Assembly: GCA_046744485.1 (NCBI GenBank)
Contig: JBKPHE010000111.1
Location: 2,590 to 66,589, forward strand
Length of the DNA: 64,000 bases
Reading direction: 5' to 3'
Source of the DNA: Actinomycetota bacterium
GTDB taxonomy: Bacteria; Actinomycetota; Acidimicrobiia; Acidimicrobiales; VFJN01
In this document: positions 1 through 9,503 of the stretch, one piece after another
How the letters are laid out: each line of letters opens with the position of its first letter
How positions within the stretch are numbered: the first letter of the stretch is position 1
Translations under genes and position numbers: made by a program
Notes under the pieces: generated by a model
What the model saw: only the letters and a program-made list of their open reading frames with translations
Databases searched by the model: none
What the model was told of the DNA's origin: nothing

Positions 1-947
1 GGACGACCGTCGACGATCTCGCCGAGCACGTTGGCGGGCAGCCTGGCGCGGAGGACGCGGTTGCCGCGCTCATCGGTGCCTGTGTCCCGCCGATCGACGG
101 TCGCGTCGAGCCACGCCGGCAGCAGCGCAACGCCCTTTCCGGCCGATTGCACGCCGCTCTCCTCCGTGATCGGGAGGTAGGTGGCCCCGGGCAGCGCCTC
201 TCGCGACGGAGCCAGGCGGCCCCACACCACCGGCCCCTCGCTCACGGTCTCGGTGGCACGACCGCTGTCGTCGACGGCGATCTCATGGACGCGCTCGGCG
301 GACGTCATCACGTCACCCTCGACGGTCAGGTCGACCGCGAGCCACAGGCCGGGACGCACGTGGCTGACGTCGATCGCACTGGTTGTTCCCACATAACCGA
401 ACGAGCCACTGGACACGAGCCGATCAGCCGCCTGGGCAAAGGCCTCCTGCGGCGAGACGTCGTCGATCGCCGTGGTCGTCGTCGGCTCGACGGACGTCGT
501 GACGCTCGCCTCGACATCCGCCGCGGGTTGATCGTCGTCGCGGCCGACCGTGATCAGCCCGAGTCCGGTCGCGAGGGCACCGACGAGAGCCAGTCCGACG
601 GCCACCACCCGGGTGCGGCCCCACGCACTCGTCGGTCGGGATGGGACGGTGTCCGACTCGTCCCCAGCTGTCTCACGTACCGGCGGGTCGACGCGCGGGC
701 CGTCCTCCACGGCCGAGCGCGTCCCGATGCCGATCGGGCCGGTGCCGGCGACGTGAGGCGTGGCCCCGTCCGCGTCCTCCGGGGCGTACGCGGCGTCGGC
801 CCGTGTCGGCGAGCTCGTCGGAGGTCGAACGGGCCGCGCACCCGCGCGGCGCCTGGCCACGATCGCCGCCGTCAGTGCCGCACCCAATGCGGCGGCCGCG
901 AGCGATGTCGCGCGTCTTCTCGACCATGACCGCGGCAACGTGCCCAT
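1..947 (-). CDS. hypothetical membrane-anchored protein (3' end lies outside the window)
   Basis: Absent from the ORF track because it runs off the left edge. Hand translation of the minus frame from ATG 947 is stop-free to base 1 and has G/C-rich third positions. One hydrophobic helix (VVAVGLALVGALATGLGLITV) follows a charged N-terminus. No family motif recognised. Confidence 0.45.
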   Translation of the reverse strand, partial: MGTLPRSWSRRRATSLAAAALGAALTAAIVARRRAGARPVRPPTSSPTRADAAYAPEDADGATPHVAGTGPIGIGTRSAVEDGPRVDPPVRETAGDESDTVPSRPTSAWGRTRVVAVGLALVGALATGLGLITVGRDDDQPAADVEASVTTSVEPTTTTAIDDVSPQEAFAQAADRLVSSGSFGYVGTTSAIDVSHVRPGLWLAVDLTVEGDVMTSAERVHEIAVDDSGRATETVSEGPVVWGRLAPSREALPGATYLPITEESGVQSAGKGVALLPAWLDATVDRRDTGTDERGNRVLRARLPANVLGEIVDGR

Positions 948-1123
948 GGGCCCCACAACTCCGAAGTAACCGAGTCGCGGGCACCGCCGCGCAACCCCAG
1001 CACGCCCGCTCGTTCGACTGTCCGACACACTAGTGGGGCGGAACGCCCGGGGTCGCGGTGCCTTGGTGCGGCGGGGATGCGGGCCGGTGGGTCACGGTCG
1101 GGGCACGCGGGTAAGAAGGGACG

Positions 1124-2605
1124 GTGACACTCGTCGAACGTGTGCTTCCACGGCGTCCCTTCGACACGCTGCGCGCCTACCTCGATGCAGGTGGTGGGCA
1201 GGGCATCGAGTCGGCCCGCGACGTCGAGCCCGACGCGGTGATGGCGGAGATCGAGGCATCGGGGCTGCGCGGGCGGGGAGGCGCGGGATTTCCCACGGGC
1301 ACGAAGTGGCGCACGGTGGCGGGCAACCGGTCGCCCGACCTCCCGACCACCGTGGTCGTGAACGCCGCCGAGGGCGAGCCGGGGACGTTCAAGGACCGGT
1401 CCATCCTGCGAGCCAACCCCTACGCCGTGATCGAGGGCGCGCTCATCGGCGCCCACGCCGTGACGGCGGGCGACGTCGTGGTGGCGCTCAAGGCCTCGGG
1501 CGCGGTGGAGCGCGCCCGGGTCGAGGCGGCCATCGCCGAGATGCGCGACGCCGGCCTGCTGGGGGAGGTCGGCGTGATCGTGGCCACCGGGCCCGACGAG
1601 TACCTGTTCGGGGAGGAGACGGCGCTGCTCGAGGTCGTGGACGGGCGGCCGCCGTTCCCCCGCATCGCCCCGCCGTACCGCCGGGGCGTCGTGGAGCTGG
1701 TCGAGCACGACGACGACGTCGACAGCGGTAGCGGCCTGGCCGCGCACGTCGAAATGGCCGGCCCCGGGCACGAGACGGGGGCGCCGCCGGCGCTGGTCGA
1801 CAACGTCGAGACCCTTGCCAACGTGCCGGCGATCATCCAGCGGGGAGCCGACTGGTTCCGCACGCACGGCACGGCGCAGTCGCCCGGCACCATCGTCTGC
1901 ACGGTGACGGGCGACGTCGCCCGCCCGGCCGTGGGAGAGATCGCCCTCGGGACCACTGTGCGGGCCGCCATCGACGAAGTTGCGGGAGGTGTGTCACGCA
2001 GCAGGGTCGTCAGGGCGGTCCTCTCTGGGGTGTCGGCCGGGCCCCTGCCCCCCGAGCTGCTCGACACTCCCCTGACCTACGAGGACATGGCCCGAGCCGG
2101 CAGCGGCCTCGGCACCGCTGGCCTCATCGTGGTCTGCGAGGGCACCGACATGACGGCGGTCGCCGCCGGCGCGGCACGGTTCCTGGCGGTCGAGTCCTGC
2201 GGCCAGTGCACGCCGTGCAAGCGCGACGGCCTGGCGCTGGCCGAAGCGCTGGAGCGCCTGTGCGCCGGCGACGGCACGGAATCGGACCTCGACACGACTA
2301 CGTCGGCGCTGCGGACCGTCGCCGATGGCGCCCGCTGCAACCTCGCGAGCCAGCAGCAGGCCGTGGTCGGTCGGATATTGCACCGCTGGCCCGACGAGCC
2401 CGCAGCCCACGCCGTCGCCGGGGCGTCGGGAGGCACGGTCGAGCCGCTGTTCATCAGCGAGATCACCGAGCTCGCCGACGGCGAGGTCACCCTCGACATC
2501 CGCCGCCGAACCAAACAGCCCGACTGGACCCATCATCCGGAATGGTCGGGCTCGTACCCTGCCGACCTGCTCACGGACCACCGCCAGCATCGGCAGCTGG
2601 ACTGA
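1124..2605 (+). CDS. NuoF-like (NADH dehydrogenase 51-kDa subunit family) FMN/4Fe-4S flavoprotein
   Basis: 493-aa ORF. Motifs GLRGRGGAGFPTG and NAAEGEPGTFKDR, plus the cluster-binding ESCGQCTPCKRDG. No NuoE/NuoG neighbours. The C-terminal ~60 aa carry no recognisable motif. Confidence 0.8.
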   Translation: MTLVERVLPRRPFDTLRAYLDAGGGQGIESARDVEPDAVMAEIEASGLRGRGGAGFPTGTKWRTVAGNRSPDLPTTVVVNAAEGEPGTFKDRSILRANPYAVIEGALIGAHAVTAGDVVVALKASGAVERARVEAAIAEMRDAGLLGEVGVIVATGPDEYLFGEETALLEVVDGRPPFPRIAPPYRRGVVELVEHDDDVDSGSGLAAHVEMAGPGHETGAPPALVDNVETLANVPAIIQRGADWFRTHGTAQSPGTIVCTVTGDVARPAVGEIALGTTVRAAIDEVAGGVSRSRVVRAVLSGVSAGPLPPELLDTPLTYEDMARAGSGLGTAGLIVVCEGTDMTAVAAGAARFLAVESCGQCTPCKRDGLALAEALERLCAGDGTESDLDTTTSALRTVADGARCNLASQQQAVVGRILHRWPDEPAAHAVAGASGGTVEPLFISEITELADGEVTLDIRRRTKQPDWTHHPEWSGSYPADLLTDHRQHRQLD

Positions 2606-2615
2606 GAGACAGCCG

Positions 2616-2915
2616 TCAGGGGGTCTTCGAGGCCAGGACGTCGGCGGGACTGATCTCCGGCGGCGAGGCGAGCAGGCGGTCGGAGTTGGCCATCAGGGCC
2701 GCGGCGATCTGGCCGTCCAGGTGCGCCTGGCGCTCGGCCTGCCCCGGGAAGGCATCGACGATCCAGAACGTGACCGGGTCGGTACGCAGGGCGAACCACA
2801 CCGGGGTGCCCTCCTCGGCGTTCGCCAGCTCGACGGCGCCGGTGAGGAACTCGGCGAGCTCGTCCTGCGTCTCCGGCTTGGCCGTCAGCTTGACGACGAG
2901 TGCAACGGTTGTCAT
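2616..2915 (-). CDS. antibiotic-biosynthesis-monooxygenase (ABM/YgiN-like) family protein
   Basis: 99-aa ORF. Size and pattern (VVKLTAKPETQDELAEFL ... WFALRTDPVTFWIVDAFPGQAERQAHL) are typical of ABM ferredoxin-fold monooxygenases. Confidence 0.65.
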   Translation of the reverse strand: MTTVALVVKLTAKPETQDELAEFLTGAVELANAEEGTPVWFALRTDPVTFWIVDAFPGQAERQAHLDGQIAAALMANSDRLLASPPEISPADVLASKTP

Positions 2916-3001
2916 GAGGACGAACCTACGCCGAGCCGGAGGCCGCGGCCACGGCCGGCGTTCCTTGGGCGCGTTCGGGCCCGGTTTTCTAGTGTGCCGA
3001 C

Positions 3002-3592
3002 ATGCGCAGCACGCATCGGGGAGTCGGGGTGTTCACCCATGCCGTCCTGGTGGCAATCCCGATCGTGATCGCGGTCGCCGTCGGGTGCTCGTCGGGAGAC
3101 GACGACGGTGACGACGCATCGGGCACGACCGACACGACCGCCGTCCAGGACGTGGCGGTCGACGCCGCCGACTTCAAGCCGCTAGCCGAGATGACGCGTG
3201 TGCGCGGGTTCTTCGTCGACAACGTGGCGGGCGACCTCGACGCCACGTTGGCGGTCGCCAACGATCCGGAGGGGGGCACCTATCCGGTGGGGACCGTGAT
3301 CCAGCTCATCCCGCAGGAGGCGATGGTCAAGCGGGCGCCGGGGTTCGACCCCGACTCCAACGACTGGGAGTTCTTCACCCTTGACGTCACGGCGGGTGGC
3401 ACCACGATCGTGACCCGCGGTGGCAGCGAGGTGGTCAACCGATTCAATGGCACCAGCTGCGCGGGATGCCACAGCGCCGCGGAGCCGCGGTTCGACTTCG
3501 TGTGCGAGCACGACCACGGGTGCGCGCCGCTACCAGTGGGCGACGACGTGATCATGGCGATCCAGAATGCGGATCCTCGTCCCCGCAGCTGA
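3002..3592 (+). CDS. lipoprotein with c-type heme motif, cytochrome P460-like
   Basis: 196-aa ORF. Signal peptide with lipobox (IAVAVGC), an acidic linker, a single CxxCH (CAGCH), and the preceding DSNDWEFFTL pattern recalled from P460-family proteins. Confidence 0.5.
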   Translation: MRSTHRGVGVFTHAVLVAIPIVIAVAVGCSSGDDDGDDASGTTDTTAVQDVAVDAADFKPLAEMTRVRGFFVDNVAGDLDATLAVANDPEGGTYPVGTVIQLIPQEAMVKRAPGFDPDSNDWEFFTLDVTAGGTTIVTRGGSEVVNRFNGTSCAGCHSAAEPRFDFVCEHDHGCAPLPVGDDVIMAIQNADPRPRS

Positions 3593-3601
3593 CGGTCCCG
3601 C

Positions 3602-4459
3602 TCACCGCAGCTCGTCGATGAGCGCCGCGTAGCGGTCGATGAACGGCAGCCTGGCGGCGGGCTCGTCCCCGACCCTCGGCGCGGCACCGACGACGACGCG
3701 CCGCACGCCGAGGTCGCGGTAGCGACGCAGGCTGTCGGCGGACGGATCGCCCCACGCGACCAGCGTGATGGGCATGTCGGCACGGCCGGCCGCGGTGGCG
3801 ATCTCGCGGAACCGCCCAACCTTCCCGGCCACGTCGCCCAGCGCTATGTCCATGGGCATCCACGCGTCGGCCCACGCGACGGCGTGGGTGGTGCCGAGCT
3901 TGCGGCCAGTTCCGCAGAGGATCGGCGGGTGCGGTCGCTGCAGCGGCTTGGGATGCGACCACACGGGATCGAAGTCGTAAAACCGGCCGTGGAACTCGGA
4001 CTCGTCGTCGCCCCACAGGGCGCGGAGCGCGCCGACGCACTCGGCGAGGGCGCGGTACCGCTGCGACCAGGGGATGTCGGGGCGATGGTTGGCCAGCTCC
4101 TCCTCGTTCCAGCCCACCCCGACACCGAGCTGGAGCCGCCCGTCCGACAGCCGGTCGAGGGTGGCCACCGACTTCGCGAAGTCGAAGACGTCGTGCTCCA
4201 GCGGGAGCGCCACCCCCATCCCGATCAGCAACCGCTCGGTGGCGCAGGCGGCGGCCGTCAGGCTCACGAACGGGTCCATCATCCGGAGGTAGTGCGGCGG
4301 CAGGTCACCGCCAGCCGGATAGGGGGTCCTGCGGGACGTCGGGATGTGGGGGTGCTCGCCGACCCAGAACGACTCGAAGCCGCGCTCCTCGAGCCAACCG
4401 GCGAGGACGTGCGGAGCCGGGTCCTCCGGTGTGTTCATCGACGAGAACCCGAGCTCCAC
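3602..4459 (-). CDS. LLM-class (luciferase-like) F420-dependent oxidoreductase
   Basis: 285-aa ORF. ERGFESFWVGEHPHIP, LDRLSDGRLQLGVGVGW and HPKPLQRPHPPI are typical of luciferase-like monooxygenase family members. Confidence 0.8.
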   Translation of the reverse strand: MELGFSSMNTPEDPAPHVLAGWLEERGFESFWVGEHPHIPTSRRTPYPAGGDLPPHYLRMMDPFVSLTAAACATERLLIGMGVALPLEHDVFDFAKSVATLDRLSDGRLQLGVGVGWNEEELANHRPDIPWSQRYRALAECVGALRALWGDDESEFHGRFYDFDPVWSHPKPLQRPHPPILCGTGRKLGTTHAVAWADAWMPMDIALGDVAGKVGRFREIATAAGRADMPITLVAWGDPSADSLRRYRDLGVRRVVVGAAPRVGDEPAARLPFIDRYAALIDELR

Positions 4460-4487
4460 GGGTCACCTCCTCCGTACCTGAGCTCGA

Positions 4488-5486
4488 TCACCGCGTCGGG
4501 TCGACGAGGACCTTCCCGGCGGATTGGCGGCCGGCGACCTTGCGCAGCGCGCCGGCGACGTCGCCCAGCGGGTACACGGCGTCGATGTGGGGGGTGACGC
4601 CGCCGGACGCCAGCAGGTCGAGCAGCTCGGCCCGGTCGCGCTGCGCGAGCTCCGGAGCGTGCAGGCCGAACGTCCGGACCTCGAAACCCTTGATGATCGC
4701 CCCCTTCAGCAGCACGAGGTTGAGGGGAATCCTCGGGATCTCGCCGGACGCGAACCCGAGCGTGACGAAACGCCCACCCCAGCGGACCGAGCGGAGCGCC
4801 CGTTCGGCCGCTGGACCGCCGACCGGGTCGATCACCACGTCGGCACCGTCCGGGACGATCGCCCGGACCGCGTCCCGAACGTCGTCGTCGACGTAGTTCA
4901 CCGTGTGCTCGGCGCCGCGCTCGCGGCACAGTGCCAGCTTGTGGGGGGTCGACGCCGCGGCGATCACGCGACCGCCGAGCACCTGCGCCAGATCCACGGC
5001 GGCGATGCCCACGCCGCCGGCCGCTCCGAGCACCACCACCCAGTTGCCGGGTTGCACCTCGGCGATCGAGCGCAGCGCGTGGTACGCGGTCGCATAGGTG
5101 ACCCAGAACCCGGCGGCGGCCGTGACATCGATCCCCGGCGGGATCGGCATGATGCCGTTGGCCGGCATCGTCACGTACTCGGCGAAGGCGCCCACCATGG
5201 TGGCGCCGAACACCATGTCTCCGGGCGCCGCGTTGTCGACACCCGGGCCGAGGGCCACGACCTCGCCGGCGAGCTCGCTGCCGGGTACGAACGGTGTCGG
5301 CATCGAGACCTGGTACCCGTCGGCGACCATGAGGACGTCCGGGAAGTTGACCGCCGCGGCGCCGACCCGCACGAGCACCTCGCCCGGGCCGGGCTCGGGA
5401 CGGGCCACGGACTCGACCACGAGCGCCTCCGGCGGCCCGTGCTCACGGCACACGGCCGCCCGCATCGTCTGCCCCGTCACTGCCAC
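4488..5486 (-). CDS. NADPH:quinone oxidoreductase / medium-chain dehydrogenase-reductase family
   Basis: 332-aa ORF. GroES-like N-terminus (GEVLVRVGAAAVNFPDV) and Rossmann motif VLGAAGGVGIAAVDLAQ. Confidence 0.85.
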   Translation of the reverse strand: MAVTGQTMRAAVCREHGPPEALVVESVARPEPGPGEVLVRVGAAAVNFPDVLMVADGYQVSMPTPFVPGSELAGEVVALGPGVDNAAPGDMVFGATMVGAFAEYVTMPANGIMPIPPGIDVTAAAGFWVTYATAYHALRSIAEVQPGNWVVVLGAAGGVGIAAVDLAQVLGGRVIAAASTPHKLALCRERGAEHTVNYVDDDVRDAVRAIVPDGADVVIDPVGGPAAERALRSVRWGGRFVTLGFASGEIPRIPLNLVLLKGAIIKGFEVRTFGLHAPELAQRDRAELLDLLASGGVTPHIDAVYPLGDVAGALRKVAGRQSAGKVLVDPTR

Positions 5487-5550
5487 CCCCTCGGGCGTTC
5501 CCCGGCTCCCTGCTGACCCTGCGTGGCCACCGAACGATCCACGACGTCGC

Positions 5551-6585
5551 TCACGTGTAGTCCGTCGTCTCGGCCAGGTCGGCGGCCCGCTTGATCAGGT
5601 CGAGCACGAGCGGGCCGAACATCTTCTGCTTCTCGTCGCCCTGGCCCCGCATGACTCGCATGTAGCCCTGCTCGAGCACGATCCCCAGCTTCCAGCGGGC
5701 GAGGATCAGGTAGTAGTCGATGTCGTCGACCTGGCGCCCGGTCTCGCCGCGGTAGTAGTTGAGCAGCTCCCCCTTGTCGGGCATGCCCGCGACGTCCGCG
5801 TAGGCGGCGCCGCTCGCCGGGACCGCCGCGGCCATGTCGTCAGGCCACATCTGGAGGACCCACCCGAGGTCGAGCTTCGGATCGCCGACGGTCCCCATCT
5901 CCCAGTCGACGATCGCCGCGAGCCGGGCGGGCGCGCCGTGGTGGTACATCACGTTGGCGAACTGGTAGTCGCCGTGCATGATGCCGGGCACGTAATCGAT
6001 CGGCTTGTGGGCCCGCAGCCAGTCGGACGCCACGTCGAGGCCCGGGATGTCGCGGGTCTTCACCCGGTCGTAGAACCGGAGCCACCGTTCCACCTGGCGC
6101 TCGTGGAAGCCGTCGGGTCGGCCCAGGTCGCCCAGGCCCTTGGCCCGCCAATCGACCTTGGACAGCCGAGCGATCCCGTCGACGAGCTGGAAGGCGAGCC
6201 CACGGCGAGCATCGAGGTCGTGGTCGAAGGGGCTCGGCCAGCGGTCGAGACCGACGGGGGACCAGCCGTCGACGAAGCCCATCAGGTAGAAGGTGCACCC
6301 GAGCACGCTGGTGTCGGTGCAGACGGCGAGGGCCTCGGTGTGGGGCACGTCGGTGCCCCCGAGCGCCTCGATGATGCGCCACTCGCGCAGGATCCCGTCG
6401 TCGCGGCCGGCGGGGGCATCCTTGGGCGGCTTGCGCAGGGCACAGTGGAGTCCGCCGCGCCGGATGCCGAAGATCTCGTTCTGGCTACCGCCCGAGATGG
6501 CCCTGCACTCGACCGCCTCGCCGGTTCCCGGGAGATCCTGGGTGTCCATCCAGCGCCCGAGGCGATCGATGTCGGCCGAGTCCAT
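5551..6585 (-). CDS. phosphotransferase (APH/choline-kinase-like) family protein
   Basis: 344-aa ORF. Catalytic-loop motif HGDYQFANVMY and IVDWEMGTVGDP. Confidence 0.8.
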   Translation of the reverse strand: MDSADIDRLGRWMDTQDLPGTGEAVECRAISGGSQNEIFGIRRGGLHCALRKPPKDAPAGRDDGILREWRIIEALGGTDVPHTEALAVCTDTSVLGCTFYLMGFVDGWSPVGLDRWPSPFDHDLDARRGLAFQLVDGIARLSKVDWRAKGLGDLGRPDGFHERQVERWLRFYDRVKTRDIPGLDVASDWLRAHKPIDYVPGIMHGDYQFANVMYHHGAPARLAAIVDWEMGTVGDPKLDLGWVLQMWPDDMAAAVPASGAAYADVAGMPDKGELLNYYRGETGRQVDDIDYYLILARWKLGIVLEQGYMRVMRGQGDEKQKMFGPLVLDLIKRAADLAETTDYT

Positions 6586-6592
6586 CGCTGCC

Positions 6593-7426
6593 TCAGGCGT
6601 CGGCGAAGAACGCGAAGTCGTCGACGAGGGCGGCGTGGCGGGCCTCGACCAGGGCGCGGCTCGCCGGGTGCGTGAGGATGTGCAGCCGGTTGGACTTGAT
6701 CCCCCGGACGACGACCGGGCCCACCGCCTCGGGCGACATCAGCGTGTCCGGTGGTTCGGGGGGCGGGGGCGGCGGCAACGGTCCGCCGTGCCGTGCCGGC
6801 CGGTGGCGGGCGGAGGTGGCGGCGAGGTTCGACCGCACCATTCCCGGGCACAGCAGCGAGACGCCGATGCCCTCCGCGGCGAGCTCGCCGCGGAGCGACT
6901 CGGCGTAGCCGAGCAGCGCATGCTTCGTGGCCGTGTAGAGGCCGAGGTGGATCCCGCTGACAATGGGGGGCGCCAGCAGCGCCGCCAGCGAGGCGGTGAT
7001 CACGATGTGCGACGGACCGGAGGCGCGGAGGCAGGGCAGGAAGACGTCGACGGCCCGGACCGCCGACAGCAGGTTGAACTCGATGATCCAGGCCCAGTCC
7101 GTCTCCGAGGCAGTGGTGAGCGGGCGGTCGGCGACGACACCCACGTTGGTGGACAGCACGTGGACGGCCCCGTGCTCCGCAACGGTGGCCTCGGCCAGGC
7201 GGCCGAGCGACTGCCGATCGGTGCCGTCGACCTGCGCCGCGGTGGCGGTGCCGCCGAAACCGGTGATCTCGTTGCTCACCCCTTCGGCTGACACCGCGTC
7301 GATGTCGGCGACCACCACCCGCATGCCCTCCGTCGCGAGGCCGAGGGCGATGCCGCGCCCGATGCCGCTTCCCCCGCCGATCACGACGGCGACCCGGCCG
7401 TTGACATCCTCCATGCGCCGCTGCAT
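6593..7426 (-). CDS. SDR family oxidoreductase
   Basis: 277-aa ORF. Cofactor motif VIGGGSGIGRG and catalytic YTATKHAL (YxxxK). Confidence 0.85.
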   Translation of the reverse strand: MQRRMEDVNGRVAVVIGGGSGIGRGIALGLATEGMRVVVADIDAVSAEGVSNEITGFGGTATAAQVDGTDRQSLGRLAEATVAEHGAVHVLSTNVGVVADRPLTTASETDWAWIIEFNLLSAVRAVDVFLPCLRASGPSHIVITASLAALLAPPIVSGIHLGLYTATKHALLGYAESLRGELAAEGIGVSLLCPGMVRSNLAATSARHRPARHGGPLPPPPPPEPPDTLMSPEAVGPVVVRGIKSNRLHILTHPASRALVEARHAALVDDFAFFADA

Positions 7427-7550
7427 CCCCTCGCTCGAGTCTTCGGCAACAAGTGGCCGACTGGGCCACCTGCGGAGCCTAGGGCAGGACCCCGCACCGG
7501 CCCCGTCGTCGTAAGAGCGACGGGGCCGGTGAGATGCAGCCGCCGCCGAG

Positions 7551-7733
7551 CTAGGTGTAGTCCGCCTGTGATCCTGCGGCCCCGATGAGCGCGGAGACGA
7601 GGATGCCGAGTGGCAGCGCGCCCCAGTACGAGACGTTGGCCCCGACGTTCCCCAGGAACAGCATGAGCAGCCATGTCGCCGGGAAGGTGGCGATGAGGAG
7701 CAGGACCAGGCCGCCGAGCAGCGCGGTGATCAT
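7551..7733 (-). CDS. small two-helix membrane protein
   Basis: Internal ATG at 7733 of the 107-aa ORF, preceded by GGGAGG 5 nt upstream. The 60-aa product MITALLGGLVLLLIATFPATWLLMLFLGNV... is hydrophobic. The upstream part of the tracked ORF looks non-coding. Confidence 0.5.
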   Translation of the reverse strand: MITALLGGLVLLLIATFPATWLLMLFLGNVGANVSYWGALPLGILVSALIGAAGSQADYT

Positions 7734-7812
7734 TTGACCTCCCTGTAGGTAGTGGCGACGGAGGCATACCGGATCGATCTCCCCAGTTGGTGGATCCCAC
7801 AGCGGGCCGGGC

Positions 7813-8298
7813 TTGTCGTCGTGGCGTCCGCATCCGTGCCATGGTCTCGGAGTGGACTCCCGGGCGCGCGTCATCGGTCGGCGGCTACTGGTCGCGCTGG
7901 TCGTGATCGTGCAGCTGGGGCTGGTGGCGCGCGGCTACTGGTCTGTGCACAAGGAGTTCGCGTTCCAGATGTTCCCCGAGTCGAGCACCTGGCGGGCCGA
8001 GATCGTCAGGGTGACGACCGACGGCGACCGGGTGCCCGTCACCCAACCCTGGGCGGGCTACCGGTGGGACGAGTTGGTGACGGGGCGGGGCCTGGGCCAT
8101 CCGCAGATCCGCCACCACGCTGACGCCGGGCTCGACAATCAACTGGCGTTCCTGGACGCCGCCCTCGACTACGTCGCCGACAACACACCCCGGGACGACG
8201 AAACCCGCTATCTCGAGGCGACGGTCACGACCTGGCACAACGCCGACGGGCCCGAGGTGACGGTGCTCCGCAGCGACGACCGGCCGGGCGCGACGTGA
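7813..8298 (+). CDS. hypothetical N-terminally membrane-anchored protein (first gene of HTTM operon)
   Basis: 161-aa ORF (alternative GTG start at 7852). One TM helix (LLVALVVIVQLGLVA) precedes a soluble domain. Its stop overlaps the next start (GTGA at 8295-8298). No family recognised. Confidence 0.5.
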   Translation: MSSWRPHPCHGLGVDSRARVIGRRLLVALVVIVQLGLVARGYWSVHKEFAFQMFPESSTWRAEIVRVTTDGDRVPVTQPWAGYRWDELVTGRGLGHPQIRHHADAGLDNQLAFLDAALDYVADNTPRDDETRYLEATVTTWHNADGPEVTVLRSDDRPGAT

Positions 8299-9503
8299 CG
8301 GCGACGGCCGCACCCGTCCGGCCGGCTGGCCTGGTCGGCGCCATGGACGAGCTGCTGGGCCGTCGGGTCAGCATGCGGTCCCTGGCGTTGCTGCGGGTCC
8401 TGATCGGGCCGGTGACGCTGCTGCACCTGCGCCCGTTCGTCGACGATGCGCTGGGTGGCAGGATCTATCGCGACGCGTTCTACGAGCCCTACGCGTCCTG
8501 GTATCCGGAGCTTCCCCGGCCGCTGTACGGCGCACTGCTGGCCGTCGGCGTCGCGGGGGCGCTGGCGATGTCGCTGGGGTTCTGCACCCGGGTGGCGGCG
8601 GGCGTGACCTTCGGCGTCGTCGCCTACAACCTGTTCCTGTCGACCACACACGTCCACAGCAACCGGGCCTATCTCGTGATCGTGCTGGCGGTGCTGGCCA
8701 TCGCGCCGTGCGGGCGCGAGCTCTCGGTCGATGCGTGGATTCGACAACGGCGGGGGCAGCGGCCGCTCGACCCGCGCGCCCCCGCGTGGCCGCTGTGGTT
8801 GCTGCGGTTCGAGGCCGCCGTGGTCTACGGGGCATCGGGCCTGAGCAAGCTCGTCGACCCCGACTGGCTCGGTGGCACCGTCACGTGGCACCGCATCGTG
8901 CAGGTGCGTGACCGCCTGGACGCCTCGCCCCTCCCCGGTTGGGCGGTCTCGCTGCTCGCCGACCGCTCGTTCCACACGTTCGCCGCCAAGCTGATCGTGA
9001 TCACCGAGCTGTTCATCGCCATCGGGCTGTGGTGGCGGGCGACTCGGTACGCGGCCGTGTGGCTGGCGGTGTGCTTCCATGTCGCTATCGAGGTCTCGGC
9101 TTCGGTCCAGGTCTTCTCGTACCTGGCGATCGCCGCGCTGGTCATCTGGGCGGTGCCGTCGACGCGCGATCGGGTGGTCGCGATCGATCCCGCGAACCCG
9201 AGGCACCGGCGGCTGGCACCGATGATCGGCGCCCTCGACTGGCTGGCCAGGTTCCGCGTCGTCGACGGTCCCCCAGGCGCACCGTTCACGCTCACCGACC
9301 GCAACGGCGCCGTGGCGACGGGTCCACCGGCGGTCGCCCGGGTGCTCAGCCGGCTGCCGTTGACGGCATGGTTCGCGCTGCCCACGCTGGCGCTGCCTGC
9401 CATCCGCCCGGCGCGTCGATCACCGACCCCCGACCAATCCGGCACGGCACCTGAGGGCGAAGCCGCCGAGCGATCGGGCCTCGCCGCCAGCGGCCCACGT
9501 TGA
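8295..9503 (+). CDS. HTTM (vitamin K-dependent gamma-carboxylase-related) domain membrane protein with C-terminal DCC/DUF393-like domain lacking the CxxC
   Basis: 402-aa ORF. SLALLRVLIGPVTLLHL and the polytopic core fit HTTM. The last ~90 aa (VVAIDPANPRHRRL..LDWLARFRVVD..FTLTDRNGAVATGPPAVARVLSRLP) align by eye to DCC thiol-disulfide oxidoreductases, but the DxxCxxC position reads DPANPRH. Confidence 0.65.
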   Translation: MTATAAPVRPAGLVGAMDELLGRRVSMRSLALLRVLIGPVTLLHLRPFVDDALGGRIYRDAFYEPYASWYPELPRPLYGALLAVGVAGALAMSLGFCTRVAAGVTFGVVAYNLFLSTTHVHSNRAYLVIVLAVLAIAPCGRELSVDAWIRQRRGQRPLDPRAPAWPLWLLRFEAAVVYGASGLSKLVDPDWLGGTVTWHRIVQVRDRLDASPLPGWAVSLLADRSFHTFAAKLIVITELFIAIGLWWRATRYAAVWLAVCFHVAIEVSASVQVFSYLAIAALVIWAVPSTRDRVVAIDPANPRHRRLAPMIGALDWLARFRVVDGPPGAPFTLTDRNGAVATGPPAVARVLSRLPLTAWFALPTLALPAIRPARRSPTPDQSGTAPEGEAAERSGLAASGPR

